Virus record (IMG/VR): IMGVR_UViG_3300009180_000041
Location: 984 to 64,983 of that record
Source: a virus
Taxonomy: Duplodnaviria > Caudoviricetes
Reading direction: 5' to 3' (one strand)
Length of the DNA: 64,000 nucleotides
The notes under the pieces are model-generated. The model was not told where the DNA came from. It worked only from the letters and a program-made list of their open reading frames with translations, and searched no databases. Below, piece after piece: positions 26,484-37,950 of this stretch (positions are counted from its first letter, which is position 1; each line of letters opens with the position of its first letter). Position numbers and translations under genes: made by a program.

Positions 26484-26797
26484 TAAAATTAACTCAACTA
26501 CTAACTGAAGCAAAACAATCTATTGAAAATTTTGCTAGTACTAGATTAAAAGGTGCTGAAAAAATTGCTGATACTACCTTAAAAGCAGGTGGATTATCAT
26601 TATTAACTTATAAACACTATAAAGTTAAATTACCCTATTATAAAAAAGCAGCAGCTAATAAATTAGATAAAGAAACTGCTAAAAAAGAATTTGAAGAAAC
26701 TTTAAAAAGTATTTCCTTAGGTATGACTCAAAGCCAATTTCAAATTGAAATGGGACGTTTAGAAGTATTAGGAGAATTATTAATAGAAGAAAAATAA
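26480..26797 (+). CDS. late protein with MIKL leader
   Basis: MIKLTQLLTE, ATGA overlap with the upstream gene. Confidence 0.75.
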   Translation: MIKLTQLLTEAKQSIENFASTRLKGAEKIADTTLKAGGLSLLTYKHYKVKLPYYKKAAANKLDKETAKKEFEETLKSISLGMTQSQFQIEMGRLEVLGELLIEEK

Positions 26798-29700
26798 ATG
26801 GAAAAGGTTTTTGATTTACATAAATGGAAAGAAAAACAATTGTTCTTAAATGAACAAGACGAAGACTTTACTGTTGACGCACCTCATGAATGGGACACTA
26901 TTGATTTAAAAGACGGAGACCTAATTATGCCTAATATGTGGCAACATAATACTAACACAAACCGTCTTTATGTTGATATTACTAAACCATTAATTGTAAA
27001 ATACTATAAATCTATAGTATTTGGTGATGATAATGTGCAACTTCAGGATAGAAATGGAGAATATGAGGTTATTGATGTTGATAAATTTAATCAAACTTAC
27101 TTAAAACCTGGATTTCAATTTAGTGTACCAGGGAATTTAAGTGAAAGTAAGGAAGAAGACTTTACTGTTGACGCTCCTGAGGAATGGGGCTACGAGAATT
27201 TTAATGGTAATACTGAAGATTATACTGATTTAGAAAACTGGGCTAGACCTATTTTAATAAACGCTGGAATTGACCTAGAATACATTGATTACTACTTTAT
27301 ATGGATGAGGAATTGGGGCGATAGTTTAGAAGGATTTAAAAACATTTCACCTGAACAAATACTTCAAGACTTTGAAGAATGGAAAGAATACAATGTGGAT
27401 GAGGAATTAGACGAGTCTACTGAAGAAGACTTCACTGTTGACGCGCCTGACGATTGGGATACTACTGATTTAAGAGCTGGTAGTACTATTACTCCTACTA
27501 TGTGGAATCAAAATTTAGGTCCTGACTACAACTCTATAGATGATTGGATTGATGATCCTACTGAAAATCAAATAATTGATGATATTTTAAAAGACGATCG
27601 TGGAAAAGTATATGTGATTTTCACTGGTGTAAACTCTAATATTCAAAATGTATACACATTAACTGATTTTAATAATTTATTAGATCCTAAATACAAAGTT
27701 ATAACTAATTTAAATGAATCTGAAGACGACTTTAATGTTGATGCACCTGATGATTGGAATAAAGAATACTTAACAGTAGGCAGTATTATTAAACCTGAAA
27801 TGTGGGATCGTGAAAAAGCTATTAAAGCATTTGATTGGTGGGACGATGAAGAAAGAAAATGGTTAGATTTACCTTAGGAAATTCTTCGATTTACTGAAGT
27901 TGGAAATGTTAGATTTGCTATAAATGATGAATATTCTAGAATGTTTGGTTTAGATTTTATCAATACGGTACTAAAACCAGGATTTGAAATTACTAAAGAA
28001 TTAAATGAGTCTGATGAATGGTCTGTTGAAGCACCTAAAGATTGGGATAATATTGAATTAAAACAAGGTAGTACTATTACTCCTGAAATGGTAGATATGT
28101 CTAATATTCCTGAAAATAATTTATACTGGTGGGAAGAAAAGATTATAGAATTAAATGTAGGAAAGATTTGGAAGTTAGATAAAGAATACATTGAATTAAA
28201 ATATAAAATAACAGATGATGAAGATCATAATTATATTTTAATGTATACAATTGACTTTTTAGAAATTTTAAAACCAGGTTATGTATTAGTTTTATCTGAT
28301 GGAACCGTTTTAGAAAAACAAGATTTAAATGAATCTACTGAAGATTTTACTGTTGACGCACCTCAAGATTGGGATGTGGAAATGTTAACAGTAGGTAGTA
28401 TTATTACACCTGAAATGTGGATACCCAATATTGAAAGTGAGTTTACTGATACCTGGAATTGGGAAACAGGTTTAGACATAACTTCAATACCTTGGTTAAT
28501 TACAGTTGTTCGTAAAAATGAAGTAGTCTTAAGAAATAATGATGTGTATGGTGAGATGATATTTGGTTTTATAAATGAAATAAATAATTGTTTACAGCCT
28601 GAATATAGAATTACTAATGACTTAAATGAATCTATTGAAGACGAGTTTAATGTTGAAGCACCTGATGATTGGGGTACATTAAATATAGGTGATCGTATTA
28701 CTCCTAATATGTGGAATACAGATATTAAACTTAAAACACCTGGTAGTAGGATTATAAAAAAAACTTTAAATAATATGAAACAATCTACTTGGACTATTGA
28801 AGATCTACCATTAGATGATTTAGATCATGTTTATTTATCAACCCCAGGTGATGAAACAATTATTAGTATAGATCTTTTAAATAATAGTTTAAAACCAGAA
28901 TATCAAATTTATAATCTTAAAAAACTAAGAGAATCTACTGATGAATTTAATGTGGTAGCACCTAAAGAATGGGACAATACAGAATTGACTGTAGGAAGTA
29001 CTATTACACCTGAAATGTGGAAACCTAATGCACAATGGATGTTTTCTAGTATTGATGTTTCAAAACCTATAACCATAGGTAAGAAAAGTAATCCAAGAAT
29101 ATATTTGTATCTTACTGATGTAAAAGGAAGAGGAACTCATATTAACGCAGGTACTTTAAATAAATATTTAAAACGTAAGTATCGAGTTGTAGATGATGAA
29201 GCATTATATGAATCTGAAGACGAGTTTAATGTAGAAGCACCTGACGATTGGAATGTAAAAGAACTAGGAGTAGGTGATGAGGTTACTTGGGATATGTTTA
29301 AAACTGAAGAATTAGCTGACCATTGGATGGATGATTATGATGTAAAAATTATTAAAAATATTTATACTCGCCCAATTCACCCAAGTGCTATAGTATCTTT
29401 AACAAAACCTAATGGTGAGTCTGTTGGTAGTTGGTGGTTAGACAGTGTTGAAAGAGATTTAAAATCTGAATATAAAATTAAAGTACCTGACAATATGAAT
29501 GAAAATGAAGACGAGTGGTCAGTTGAAGCTCCTAAAGATTGGGACAATTTTGACATTGAAATTAGAATGTCTAATACATATACTTTTTTCAATATTGAAA
29601 CTGATGATGAAGCTACAGTAGATGAAGTAAAACTAGTTAAAACAAACTCAGATGAATTAATAAAGTATTTTGGTGATAATATTCCTTATGATTCAAGTCA

Positions 29701-31480
29701 AATTGAAGATTTACTTTATGAAAAATACTTTAGAGACGATGATTTACAGGATTTTATAAATCAAAATGAAGTTGTTGAAGAAATACCTGATGAATTATAT
29801 GGTGATGATTGGGACAATGAATGGGATGGTGTTGATTTTGATGTTAAAATAGTTGGTAAAGTAAATGAAGTAGAAGATGAATGGTCTGTTGAGGCACCTC
29901 GTGATTGGGATTACCAACAATTAAGTTTAGATGATACTATTACTCCTGAAATGTGGGATTTAAATAATCCTGAATTGGAAGACTACATTGATGATCCTAC
30001 TGAAGATTGGAAAATTTTAGAACTGTATGCTAGTCGTGTAGGTAGTGATGCTTCAATTTTTATTCAATCACCTACTGGAGGTGAATTAGGTACTCAAATG
30101 GAAGAAATAAATAAACTTTTAAAACCAGGATATAAGATAGTTGTTAATAAATTAAATGAAGTAGATGAAGATGAATTTAATGTTGAAGCACCTGTAGACT
30201 GGAATAAAGAATACTTAACAGCAGGAGATATTATTACACCTAGTATGATAAAACCTAAATTACCTATTGATTATAGATTTTACAAAAATAATACTAAAAT
30301 TAAAAAAATAATGCCACAAAGACATGGAGATGGAATTTTAATTAATACTGTGTTTGTAGATCAAGATGGACATGATCTACCATTTACTGATGACTTTCAT
30401 TGGATTGAAGAATGGAATCATAAATTAATAGAACCATATACAATTAGTCCTGAAAAGAATTTTGGTAGTAGTTTAAATGAATTACTTGATGATGAAGATG
30501 AGTTTAATGTAGAAGCACCTAAAGAATGGGATACCACTAATTTAGGAATAGGTGATATAATTGAGCCTTTTATGATTGAACCTAAAGCTCAAATTGATAC
30601 TTACATAGAGAATATTCCTAAAATTTTAAAATTGATGAAAAAATATCCAACTGAAATTACAGATATTTATAATGAATTCAAGGGAATACAGTTGAAACTT
30701 CCACAATGGTCACCACTTAAATTTACTATGAAATTATCAGATATACAAAGTATTTTAAAACCAGGATATGAAATTAGTAAACCAAGTACTTTAGATGAAG
30801 TAGATGAAGATGAGTTCGATGTTGATGCACCTAAAGAATGGGACATTAAAGTACTCACTACAGGAGACATTTTAACTAATGAACATTTAGGAACTGGTGG
30901 TAATACTGCTTATAAAATCATTGGATTTGAAGATAATAGAGTTAAAATTGAAAAAGGAAAAATACTTAAAAGAGATACAGGAGATATTTTTGTTCCAAAT
31001 ACTCCATACATAACAACAATACCTTTAAGTACACTTCAAAGAAGACTAAATCCTGGTTATGTTATAGAACCTCCTACTACTAAACTAAGTGAACTTTTAA
31101 AAGTAGATGATGAATTTGATGTAGTAGCACCTGATGAATGGAATGAATATGATAAAAACATAAGAGTAGTTATTGAAGCTGAAGTTTTTTCAGTTGATAA
31201 TACTAATAATGCTAGTGAAGAATTAAGATGGACTACTGATAAAATTATTAATATTAATGAATTAGAAAATTATTCTTATGATTTTAAACCATTTTTAGGA
31301 AGTCCTCTAGATGTAAAAGCTTTAAACCAATGGGTTGATACTATTGAATTTGACTGGTGGGACTTTATGTTGAATGAAGGATATGAACCTCATATAATTT
31401 ATACTGATCCTAATTTTGAAGAAGGTGATGAAATTGAAGACATGAGTATAGTACATAAAGAGCTACTTCCTGCAGATTAA
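26798..31480 (+). CDS. 15-unit acidic repeat polyprotein interrupted by one in-frame TAG at 27875
   Basis: Track ORFs 26798..27877 and 27941..31480 are in the same frame. Repeat head LxE..E(F/W)xVxAPxxW occurs 15 times. Confidence 0.85.
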
Positions 31481-31500
31481 ATAATATTTATTACCACATC

Positions 31501-32838
31501 ATGATTAAACTTAGAAATCTTTTAAATGAAAGTCCTGCTCAACCAGCGCCAGCTAGACCTGAAAGAGCTCCTCAACCAGACGTAATGCCTGGTGCTCCTA
31601 AAACAAAACCTGAACCTCGTAGAAGAAGTACTCCAAATCCTAGTACTAGTCCAACACCTAGTCCTAAAGCTCAAACTAAAACTAAAGAAAGACCTCATCA
31701 AGCTCCAAAAGATGGTCCAAAACCAGGCCCAGTTGGTGAAGGCATAATGGATAAAATTGTAGCTAGATACAAATCTGAATTTAATAAATTACATGAGGTT
31801 GACTATGAAAAAATCTTTGATCCTGAAACTGTAGGTAAATTAAAAGGCAGTGTCACTCAAAGAATGCAAGGTAAAAATCCAATGCAATCAATGCAAACAA
31901 TGATGCAACTTGCTCCTCAAATTGCTAGAATTGAAAGAGGATATGAAGATGTTTTAAGTGATTTAGCTAAATCAGTAGTATACGAAGCTTATCCTTATTT
32001 GAAATCTAATCAAGATATTATTGAAATTGACGCTCAAATAGTTTCTCAAAGTCAAGTACAAGACGCTTTACAACCTGACAGTCCAAATGAAGAAGACATT
32101 GAAGACTTAGACGATACTGAAAAAGAAGATATTATGGGTGATATGAAAAAAAGACGTATTATCAATAGTATTACAGCAGGTGGAGCAATAGGAAGTAAAA
32201 CAGCACATTATTTACAACAAGAATACTTAGACGTTATAGGTGATAATTTAAGTGACAAATACAGAGACATCAACCAAGCTTCTCTTGATATGATTGATTT
32301 TGTAGTTAGTCAAGGTAAACAAAACGCTCAAAGAATGGGTGGTAGTAAAGAAAGTAGTGTAGGTGCTGAAAGTGTATTTTGGGATTTTGAAAAAGAAAAA
32401 TGGATTATTAAAGCAAGAGCAGTAAATTTTGCTGTGTTGATTCATGAAATTACAAAAGGAATGTATGAAATCATTAGTTTATTTGGTTTCAACAACTTAG
32501 AACGAGGTGAAAAAGTAGTAGGTAAAGTAGATAAATTATCTAATGAACCTGAAGACTTAGCTTATGGCCAAATGATTAGTAAAAATTTATTTGATTTAAT
32601 CAATAAACTTGAAAGTAATGTTACACCAGATGAAAGAGACGACTTCTTACAAGACGTTTATAAACTACCTAATGAAGAATTTATTAAACTAATTACTAAT
32701 GTTATTAATAATAGAGTAGATACTAACCAAACAAACCAGTTAAAAGGTATGTTTAGTCAAATGAGACAAGACAAAACCGCAGATGATGCTGATAATAGTT
32801 TGTTTGAAAGACTACAAAGAATGGCAGGAATTAGATAA
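31501..32838 (+). CDS. late protein with MIKL leader and Pro-rich N-terminus
   Basis: MIKLRNLLNE, LIHEITKG, C-terminal RLQRMAGI. Confidence 0.8.
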   Translation: MIKLRNLLNESPAQPAPARPERAPQPDVMPGAPKTKPEPRRRSTPNPSTSPTPSPKAQTKTKERPHQAPKDGPKPGPVGEGIMDKIVARYKSEFNKLHEVDYEKIFDPETVGKLKGSVTQRMQGKNPMQSMQTMMQLAPQIARIERGYEDVLSDLAKSVVYEAYPYLKSNQDIIEIDAQIVSQSQVQDALQPDSPNEEDIEDLDDTEKEDIMGDMKKRRIINSITAGGAIGSKTAHYLQQEYLDVIGDNLSDKYRDINQASLDMIDFVVSQGKQNAQRMGGSKESSVGAESVFWDFEKEKWIIKARAVNFAVLIHEITKGMYEIISLFGFNNLERGEKVVGKVDKLSNEPEDLAYGQMISKNLFDLINKLESNVTPDERDDFLQDVYKLPNEEFIKLITNVINNRVDTNQTNQLKGMFSQMRQDKTADDADNSLFERLQRMAGIR

Positions 32839-32866
32839 ATTTATCATTTATCCGTAAAATACTTTG

Positions 32867-32904
32867 GTAGGGAGTTTGGCTTCCTACCTTTTTTTCCTTA
32901 TACT
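32867..32904 (+). promoter_or_regulatory. terminator hairpin overlapping a TTGGCT-N17-TATACT promoter
   Basis: GGTAGGGAG-TTTGG-CTTCCTACC plus T run. TTGGCT at 32876 and TATACT at 32899. The same promoter occurs at 33156/33179. Confidence 0.7.
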
Positions 32905-32910
32905 AGTCTT

Positions 32911-33153
32911 ATGTCAAGTAATGTAGATATTGAAAGCGTTAAAAAATGGATCAGTGAATTAGTAAAAATTGATGGATACAATATATATTATCATCCAGAA
33001 AACATAGATCGACCTTATTATAAAGTTAAAATAGGAAAATTTTATAACCATAAAAGATACTATGTAAAAACATTAAATGAACAAAAATACATCACATACC
33101 AGAAAAAAAATGAAATAACATTATTTGAAGTAGGTACCTATAATATTATATAA
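32911..33153 (+). CDS. hypothetical protein
   Basis: ORF after a promoter. Confidence 0.55.
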   Translation: MSSNVDIESVKKWISELVKIDGYNIYYHPENIDRPYYKVKIGKFYNHKRYYVKTLNEQKYITYQKKNEITLFEVGTYNII

Positions 33154-33190
33154 ACTTGGCTTTCTTAAAAAACTTTATTATACTATAATT

Positions 33191-33511
33191 ATGATAGAAC
33201 TAATAGATACTATTAAACAATACCAACTAAAAAATGGTAGTGAATTTGATCCTCAAATCATTCTATTTAAACTTTCTAACTGTGCTGTTTGTAAGTCATT
33301 AGAAAATGAATTAATGGTTGATGGATGGAGCTATGAAACATTTGACTGTTTAAATACTAAACACTCAGATATAGCAGACATGTTAGAAGAAACACTTCAA
33401 ACTAATACTTATCCTATAATTTGTATTACTTATCCAGAACCTAAAATCTTAACTATTCAAGACTTTGATACTAACAAATCAGTTTATAAACAATTAACAT
33501 CATATCTATGA
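33191..33511 (+). CDS. thioredoxin/glutaredoxin-fold protein
   Basis: CAVC active site and TYP cis-Pro motif. Confidence 0.7.
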   Translation: MIELIDTIKQYQLKNGSEFDPQIILFKLSNCAVCKSLENELMVDGWSYETFDCLNTKHSDIADMLEETLQTNTYPIICITYPEPKILTIQDFDTNKSVYKQLTSYL

Positions 33512-33702
33512 GATACAGAATACAATATCAAGAAATTTTAAGCACAATTGAATCCTCAGCAAAGGGATTAGAATTCTTCCTTAAAACAAGACCTTCAAAC
33601 CAACGTGATCAAGAAGACATGGCACGTTTAATGTACCAACTACATTCAGCTATTGATCAAGCAAGAACTTATATCAATAACGAACCAGAATTCAATCAAT
33701 AA
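33508..33702 (+). CDS. hypothetical protein
   Basis: Coupled ORF. Confidence 0.65.
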   Translation: MRYRIQYQEILSTIESSAKGLEFFLKTRPSNQRDQEDMARLMYQLHSAIDQARTYINNEPEFNQ

Positions 33703-34472
33703 TGAATAACATCAAATTAACTCCAGAACAAATTTTAGAAAATTGGAATCGTTTTCTCTCAACTATAGATCAATACGTATCCTCACCTCGAAAAGAACAA
33801 TTATTAGGTTTTTATCAGAAGTATGAGGAACGATTTTGTTTAATGCCAGCGAGTCACAAGCGTGAATATCACAACTGTTTCGAGGGAGGATACATTGATC
33901 ATGTACTTAGAGTAGTAGATGCCGCTTTAGAATTAGATAAAGTATGGAGACAATTTGGTGTTAAAGATACTTATAGTACTGAAGAATTAGTGTTTAGTGC
34001 TATTAATCACGACTTAGGAAAATTTGGAGACTTAGAAAATCCAGCAGTATTAGATAATACTGATCAATGGCGTAGGGAAAAATTAGGAGAAATGTATATG
34101 TTTAATCAAAAATTAACTTATATGTCTGTTCCTGATAGAGGTATTTGGTTGTTAAACGAATTAGGAATTAAAATGACTCAAAATGAAACATTAACAATTA
34201 AATTACATGATGGTCTTTATGATCCAGCTAATGAACCTTACTTAAAATCTTGGTCTCCAGAAACTAAGCCTCGTACTAGTTTAATATTTATTTTACATCA
34301 GGCTGATTTATTAGCAGCTAGAGTAGAATTTGAAAATGAGTGGTTAGATAGTTTTCAAGTTCCTAAACAAGAAAAAGTGAAAACAGTAAATAAACAATCA
34401 AGTCAAGAAAAAGCTATTAGAAATTTAGGTTCTAAAAACAATACTTTTGCTGACATGTTAAAAAATCTATAA
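33702..34472 (+). CDS. HD-domain phosphohydrolase
   Basis: MPAS..YHNCFEGGYIDHVLRV, HDLGK, LHDG and HQAD. Confidence 0.9.
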   Translation: MNNIKLTPEQILENWNRFLSTIDQYVSSPRKEQLLGFYQKYEERFCLMPASHKREYHNCFEGGYIDHVLRVVDAALELDKVWRQFGVKDTYSTEELVFSAINHDLGKFGDLENPAVLDNTDQWRREKLGEMYMFNQKLTYMSVPDRGIWLLNELGIKMTQNETLTIKLHDGLYDPANEPYLKSWSPETKPRTSLIFILHQADLLAARVEFENEWLDSFQVPKQEKVKTVNKQSSQEKAIRNLGSKNNTFADMLKNL

Positions 34473-34473
34473 T

Positions 34474-34737
34474 ATGGTTTGGATAATTAATATTGGACTG
34501 TGGATTTTAAGTATAATGGTTTATATCATTATTACCCAGTACCGTAGAAACGAAAAATTAGAAAAAATAGCTCAACAACAAGCTGAGTATATTGAAACAA
34601 CTCGTAAATCTATTGATCAAATTACTAAAACATTTGATGTAATTGATCAGCAAAATTTATTTAGAGCTAATGATTATATAGGTCAAATGTGGATTGATTT
34701 GAAGGAATTGAATGAGACCTTAAAAAACTTTAAATAA
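34474..34737 (+). CDS. membrane-anchored coiled-coil protein
   Basis: N-terminal TM followed by a coiled coil. Confidence 0.7.
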   Translation: MVWIINIGLWILSIMVYIIITQYRRNEKLEKIAQQQAEYIETTRKSIDQITKTFDVIDQQNLFRANDYIGQMWIDLKELNETLKNFK

Positions 34738-35483
34738 TGAGTACTTTAGATCCAAACATATACACTAAAAAAGGAACACTTAGAAAACGTAAACCAAAAA
34801 AGAGTAGAAATTATTTTACTCAAGACACTGAAGACGCTATTATAGAATACTTAATTACTGAAGACGATTATTTAAGAAATAAAATATACAGAGAAAGAAT
34901 TCATTATGCTTTCACTAAATTAACAGAAAATTTAATTCATACTTACAAATACTACTATACAGATAATTACAGTATTCCTGAAATACAACATGATGCTATT
35001 ATTTTCTTATTAGAACGTTTGAAAAAATTCAAACCAGGTAAAGGAAAAGCATACAGTTACTTTGGAACTATAGCTAAACGTTATTTTATATTTAATAATC
35101 AAAATAATTATAAAAAATTAAAATCACATTCAGATGTTGATGAAGTTAATGATGATAAAGAAGTATCTAAAGAATTTGTTGCTCAAGAAAAAAACACAGA
35201 TTTAAGTGATTTTATAGATGTTTATGTTATGTATATTGAAACTTATATAGATAAATTATTTCCTAAAGACAAAGATCAAAAAATAGTTGACGCAGTTTTA
35301 GAAATATTCCGTAAAAGAGAAAATATAGATATTTTCAATAAAAAAGCATTTTATATCTTTATTAAAGAAATGATTGACTGTGATACAACTCAAATAACTA
35401 AAATTATTAAACGAATGAAAGTATTGTATGTTGATCTTTATAGTCAGTATCAAACTACAGGTGTGGTTAAAAAACTTCAATAA
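34737..35483 (+). CDS. putative late-transcription sigma factor (T4 gp55-like)
   Basis: NYFTQDTEDAIIEY and region-2-like LKKFKPGKGKAYSYFGTIAKRY. No typical region 4. Confidence 0.65.
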   Translation: MSTLDPNIYTKKGTLRKRKPKKSRNYFTQDTEDAIIEYLITEDDYLRNKIYRERIHYAFTKLTENLIHTYKYYYTDNYSIPEIQHDAIIFLLERLKKFKPGKGKAYSYFGTIAKRYFIFNNQNNYKKLKSHSDVDEVNDDKEVSKEFVAQEKNTDLSDFIDVYVMYIETYIDKLFPKDKDQKIVDAVLEIFRKRENIDIFNKKAFYIFIKEMIDCDTTQITKIIKRMKVLYVDLYSQYQTTGVVKKLQ

Positions 35484-35500
35484 ATCTATATTTATCGTAA

Positions 35501-35839
35501 ATGGATTACAATAAAGAAATTTTCAAAGGAAAAACTATAGCTAAGTTAATGGAAGAAGCTTATAAAGACAAAAAAGATAAGCAAGAAAAACTTAGTGGAT
35601 TAATTATGCAATTAAAAGACATGATTAATGACTCTGGAGATGCTGTGATGATGGTTCCTTTAATTAAGGAATACATGGATTTAAGTATTAAAAATGATGA
35701 TGTTTTACTAAAACTTTTAGGTATTATCCAAAAAATAGAAGCTGTTGGTGCTAAAGCAATTGAAGACAACGGTGGAGTAATGTCTGAAAGAGACAAACAA
35801 TTATTATTTGAAAGTTTAGACGGTTTAGGAATAGAATAA
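35501..35839 (+). CDS. late hypothetical helical protein
   Basis: Late motif at 35488. Confidence 0.75.
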   Translation: MDYNKEIFKGKTIAKLMEEAYKDKKDKQEKLSGLIMQLKDMINDSGDAVMMVPLIKEYMDLSIKNDDVLLKLLGIIQKIEAVGAKAIEDNGGVMSERDKQLLFESLDGLGIE

Positions 35840-35840
35840 T

Positions 35841-36323
35841 ATGCCAAGTATAGGTGGAATAAATACTGGAGGGATATTAATTCCTAGTTCAACTATAAGT
35901 AGTTATAATAACTCTTATGGTAATACTAATACTCAAAATAATAATGATTTAAATTTATATAGAGTAACAGTATTATATGATGATCATTCTATATCTGTTG
36001 AAACTCTTAGTCCAACTAATTACAGTAAATCAGAGTTAGGTTCAGGATCAAATAACAGATATTATCCATATGATGCTAATATTTCAAGATTTCCTAAAAT
36101 AGGAGAAATTGTTGAATTAAAACTTATGCCTACTCCTAAAGAATTTTCTAATAGTAATAAATCTTCAAGACGAGTATTTGGATATGTTCGAGCTGTAAAT
36201 GTTTGGAATAATTTAAATACAAATAAAATTTTAGATCCAAGTGTTCCTGGAAATAATTCTAATGAAAAAACAGTTAATATAAATACTAAAAATTATCAAA
36301 ATTCACTTAATGGATTTGTTTAA
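35841..36323 (+). CDS. probable baseplate hub/spike N-terminal-like protein
   Basis: P....SRFPKIGEIV motif and position in the baseplate cluster. Confidence 0.5.
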   Translation: MPSIGGINTGGILIPSSTISSYNNSYGNTNTQNNNDLNLYRVTVLYDDHSISVETLSPTNYSKSELGSGSNNRYYPYDANISRFPKIGEIVELKLMPTPKEFSNSNKSSRRVFGYVRAVNVWNNLNTNKILDPSVPGNNSNEKTVNINTKNYQNSLNGFV

Positions 36324-37543
36324 TGGCTAATGAAATAAATAGTAAATTTATAAAAGTTTCACCTGGTACTACAAGAATACAAGGTGATGGGGGTGCTTAT
36401 ATTGGTATTGATGAAACTAATAATATATTCATTGGAGTACCTAGTGAAACATCTCAATCAATGGCTTCTGTAGATGCTGATACTTCACCTTCTTTTTTTG
36501 GTATAATAAGTGATGAAAATACTCCTAATATACAATCAATTACTGTTTTTCCTTCTAATAATTTTCATACCATAAATTTCAATCAAACTTCTATTGATAC
36601 AAGTTATACTACACCATTAATAACTGAAGAAAATTCACCATCTTCAGTAGTAAATGCCACAGAATCTATTCAATTAAATACAATATCTAATGTAACTGAA
36701 TCTATTCTTCAATCTCCAGAATTAATTTTAAATGAAGAATTATTTCTTCCTGATATTGAAGCTGAATTGTTTAACTTATATAATACTGGATCTATTTTAG
36801 AAGATTATTATATAGGAATTTCTGATGAAGAACAAAGACAAATTTCACAAGCACTTAGAAATCCAACAGAAATAGGACCAATAGGTAATATAAGTGTTAG
36901 ATCTAAACGTAGGTTACCAACTAAACCTTCTGAGGTAAATCCACCTCCAGTATGGGGTAAACTAATGAAATTAAATTATGAAAAAGCTTTAAATAATATA
37001 AATTCATTTCCGTCTTTAAATAAATATTCTAAAGGTTTAAAAGTAATCGCTGCGATAACAGCTACTCAAGAAGGGTGGAATCTACCTAGTAGTACACAAC
37101 ATTTACTTCATAATCCTGGTAATCTAAGAGGTGGAGGAGATTTAGGAAAAAAAAATATTGGTGATTTGGGATTATTTGCTAATTTTAGTACATATGATAA
37201 AGGATGGACAGCTATGATGAATAGCATAATACAATTATTTAATGGAAATGACGTAAGATTAAATTATGATACTGGAACTAAATGGATAAATTGGTTTATA
37301 GATAAAGATAATAATTGGTATAAAGATAATAATATACCTTACAAACCAATATCAAAATCAATGCCAAATTATTCATCTAAAAACGGTAATCCTCCTACAT
37401 TTAGACAATTTTATAATATATATGCTCCTTGGAGTGATGGAAATAATCCAACAACATATGCTGGAAATGTAGCTTATACTTTAGGTATAGCTTTAAATAA
37501 AAAAGTAAATGTAGATGATACTATACTTAATTATACTAAATAA
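36323..37543 (+). CDS. virion-associated lysozyme-like protein
   Basis: QEG...HNPGNLR...FSTYDKGW...YAPWSDGNNPTTY. Confidence 0.65.
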   Translation: MANEINSKFIKVSPGTTRIQGDGGAYIGIDETNNIFIGVPSETSQSMASVDADTSPSFFGIISDENTPNIQSITVFPSNNFHTINFNQTSIDTSYTTPLITEENSPSSVVNATESIQLNTISNVTESILQSPELILNEELFLPDIEAELFNLYNTGSILEDYYIGISDEEQRQISQALRNPTEIGPIGNISVRSKRRLPTKPSEVNPPPVWGKLMKLNYEKALNNINSFPSLNKYSKGLKVIAAITATQEGWNLPSSTQHLLHNPGNLRGGGDLGKKNIGDLGLFANFSTYDKGWTAMMNSIIQLFNGNDVRLNYDTGTKWINWFIDKDNNWYKDNNIPYKPISKSMPNYSSKNGNPPTFRQFYNIYAPWSDGNNPTTYAGNVAYTLGIALNKKVNVDDTILNYTK

Positions 37544-37950
37544 TGAATGATAAAATAATAATAAAATCAAAAAAATTAGAATTAATTTCATCAAATACTG
37601 ATATTAAATTAAATTCTAATACTTATATTCATTTAGGTGCTAAAGAAGGTCTTTATATTGATGTAGGAAGTATAGATGGAGATAATACTCAAAATAAAGT
37701 TTGGATTAATGGTCCAAGAATAGATTTTGGTAAAGAAAATACTGTTGATAAATTAGAACCAGTAGTTAAAGGAGATCAACTAGAATTAATTTTAAATGAA
37801 ATTTTAGAATTATTAAATCAAATTGTTGGTACTCCTGGTGCTTATGTTCCTCAAGGTCAGGCTGTTTTAAAAACTATCACTCAAGCTAAAACAGAAATTA
37901 TTAAACAAAAAATGAGTAGGTTTAAATCTAATATAACTTATACTGTATAA
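37543..37950 (+). CDS. probable baseplate spike C-terminal-like protein
   Basis: NGPRIDFG...EPVVKGDQL motif and context. Confidence 0.55.
   Translation: MNDKIIIKSKKLELISSNTDIKLNSNTYIHLGAKEGLYIDVGSIDGDNTQNKVWINGPRIDFGKENTVDKLEPVVKGDQLELILNEILELLNQIVGTPGAYVPQGQAVLKTITQAKTEIIKQKMSRFKSNITYTV

Noticed and set aside
26798-31480. Genome-wide TAG recoding
   Set aside because: Only one internal TAG was noticed. Other long genes are intact in code 11, and TAG ends the HNH and NucA genes at natural C-termini.
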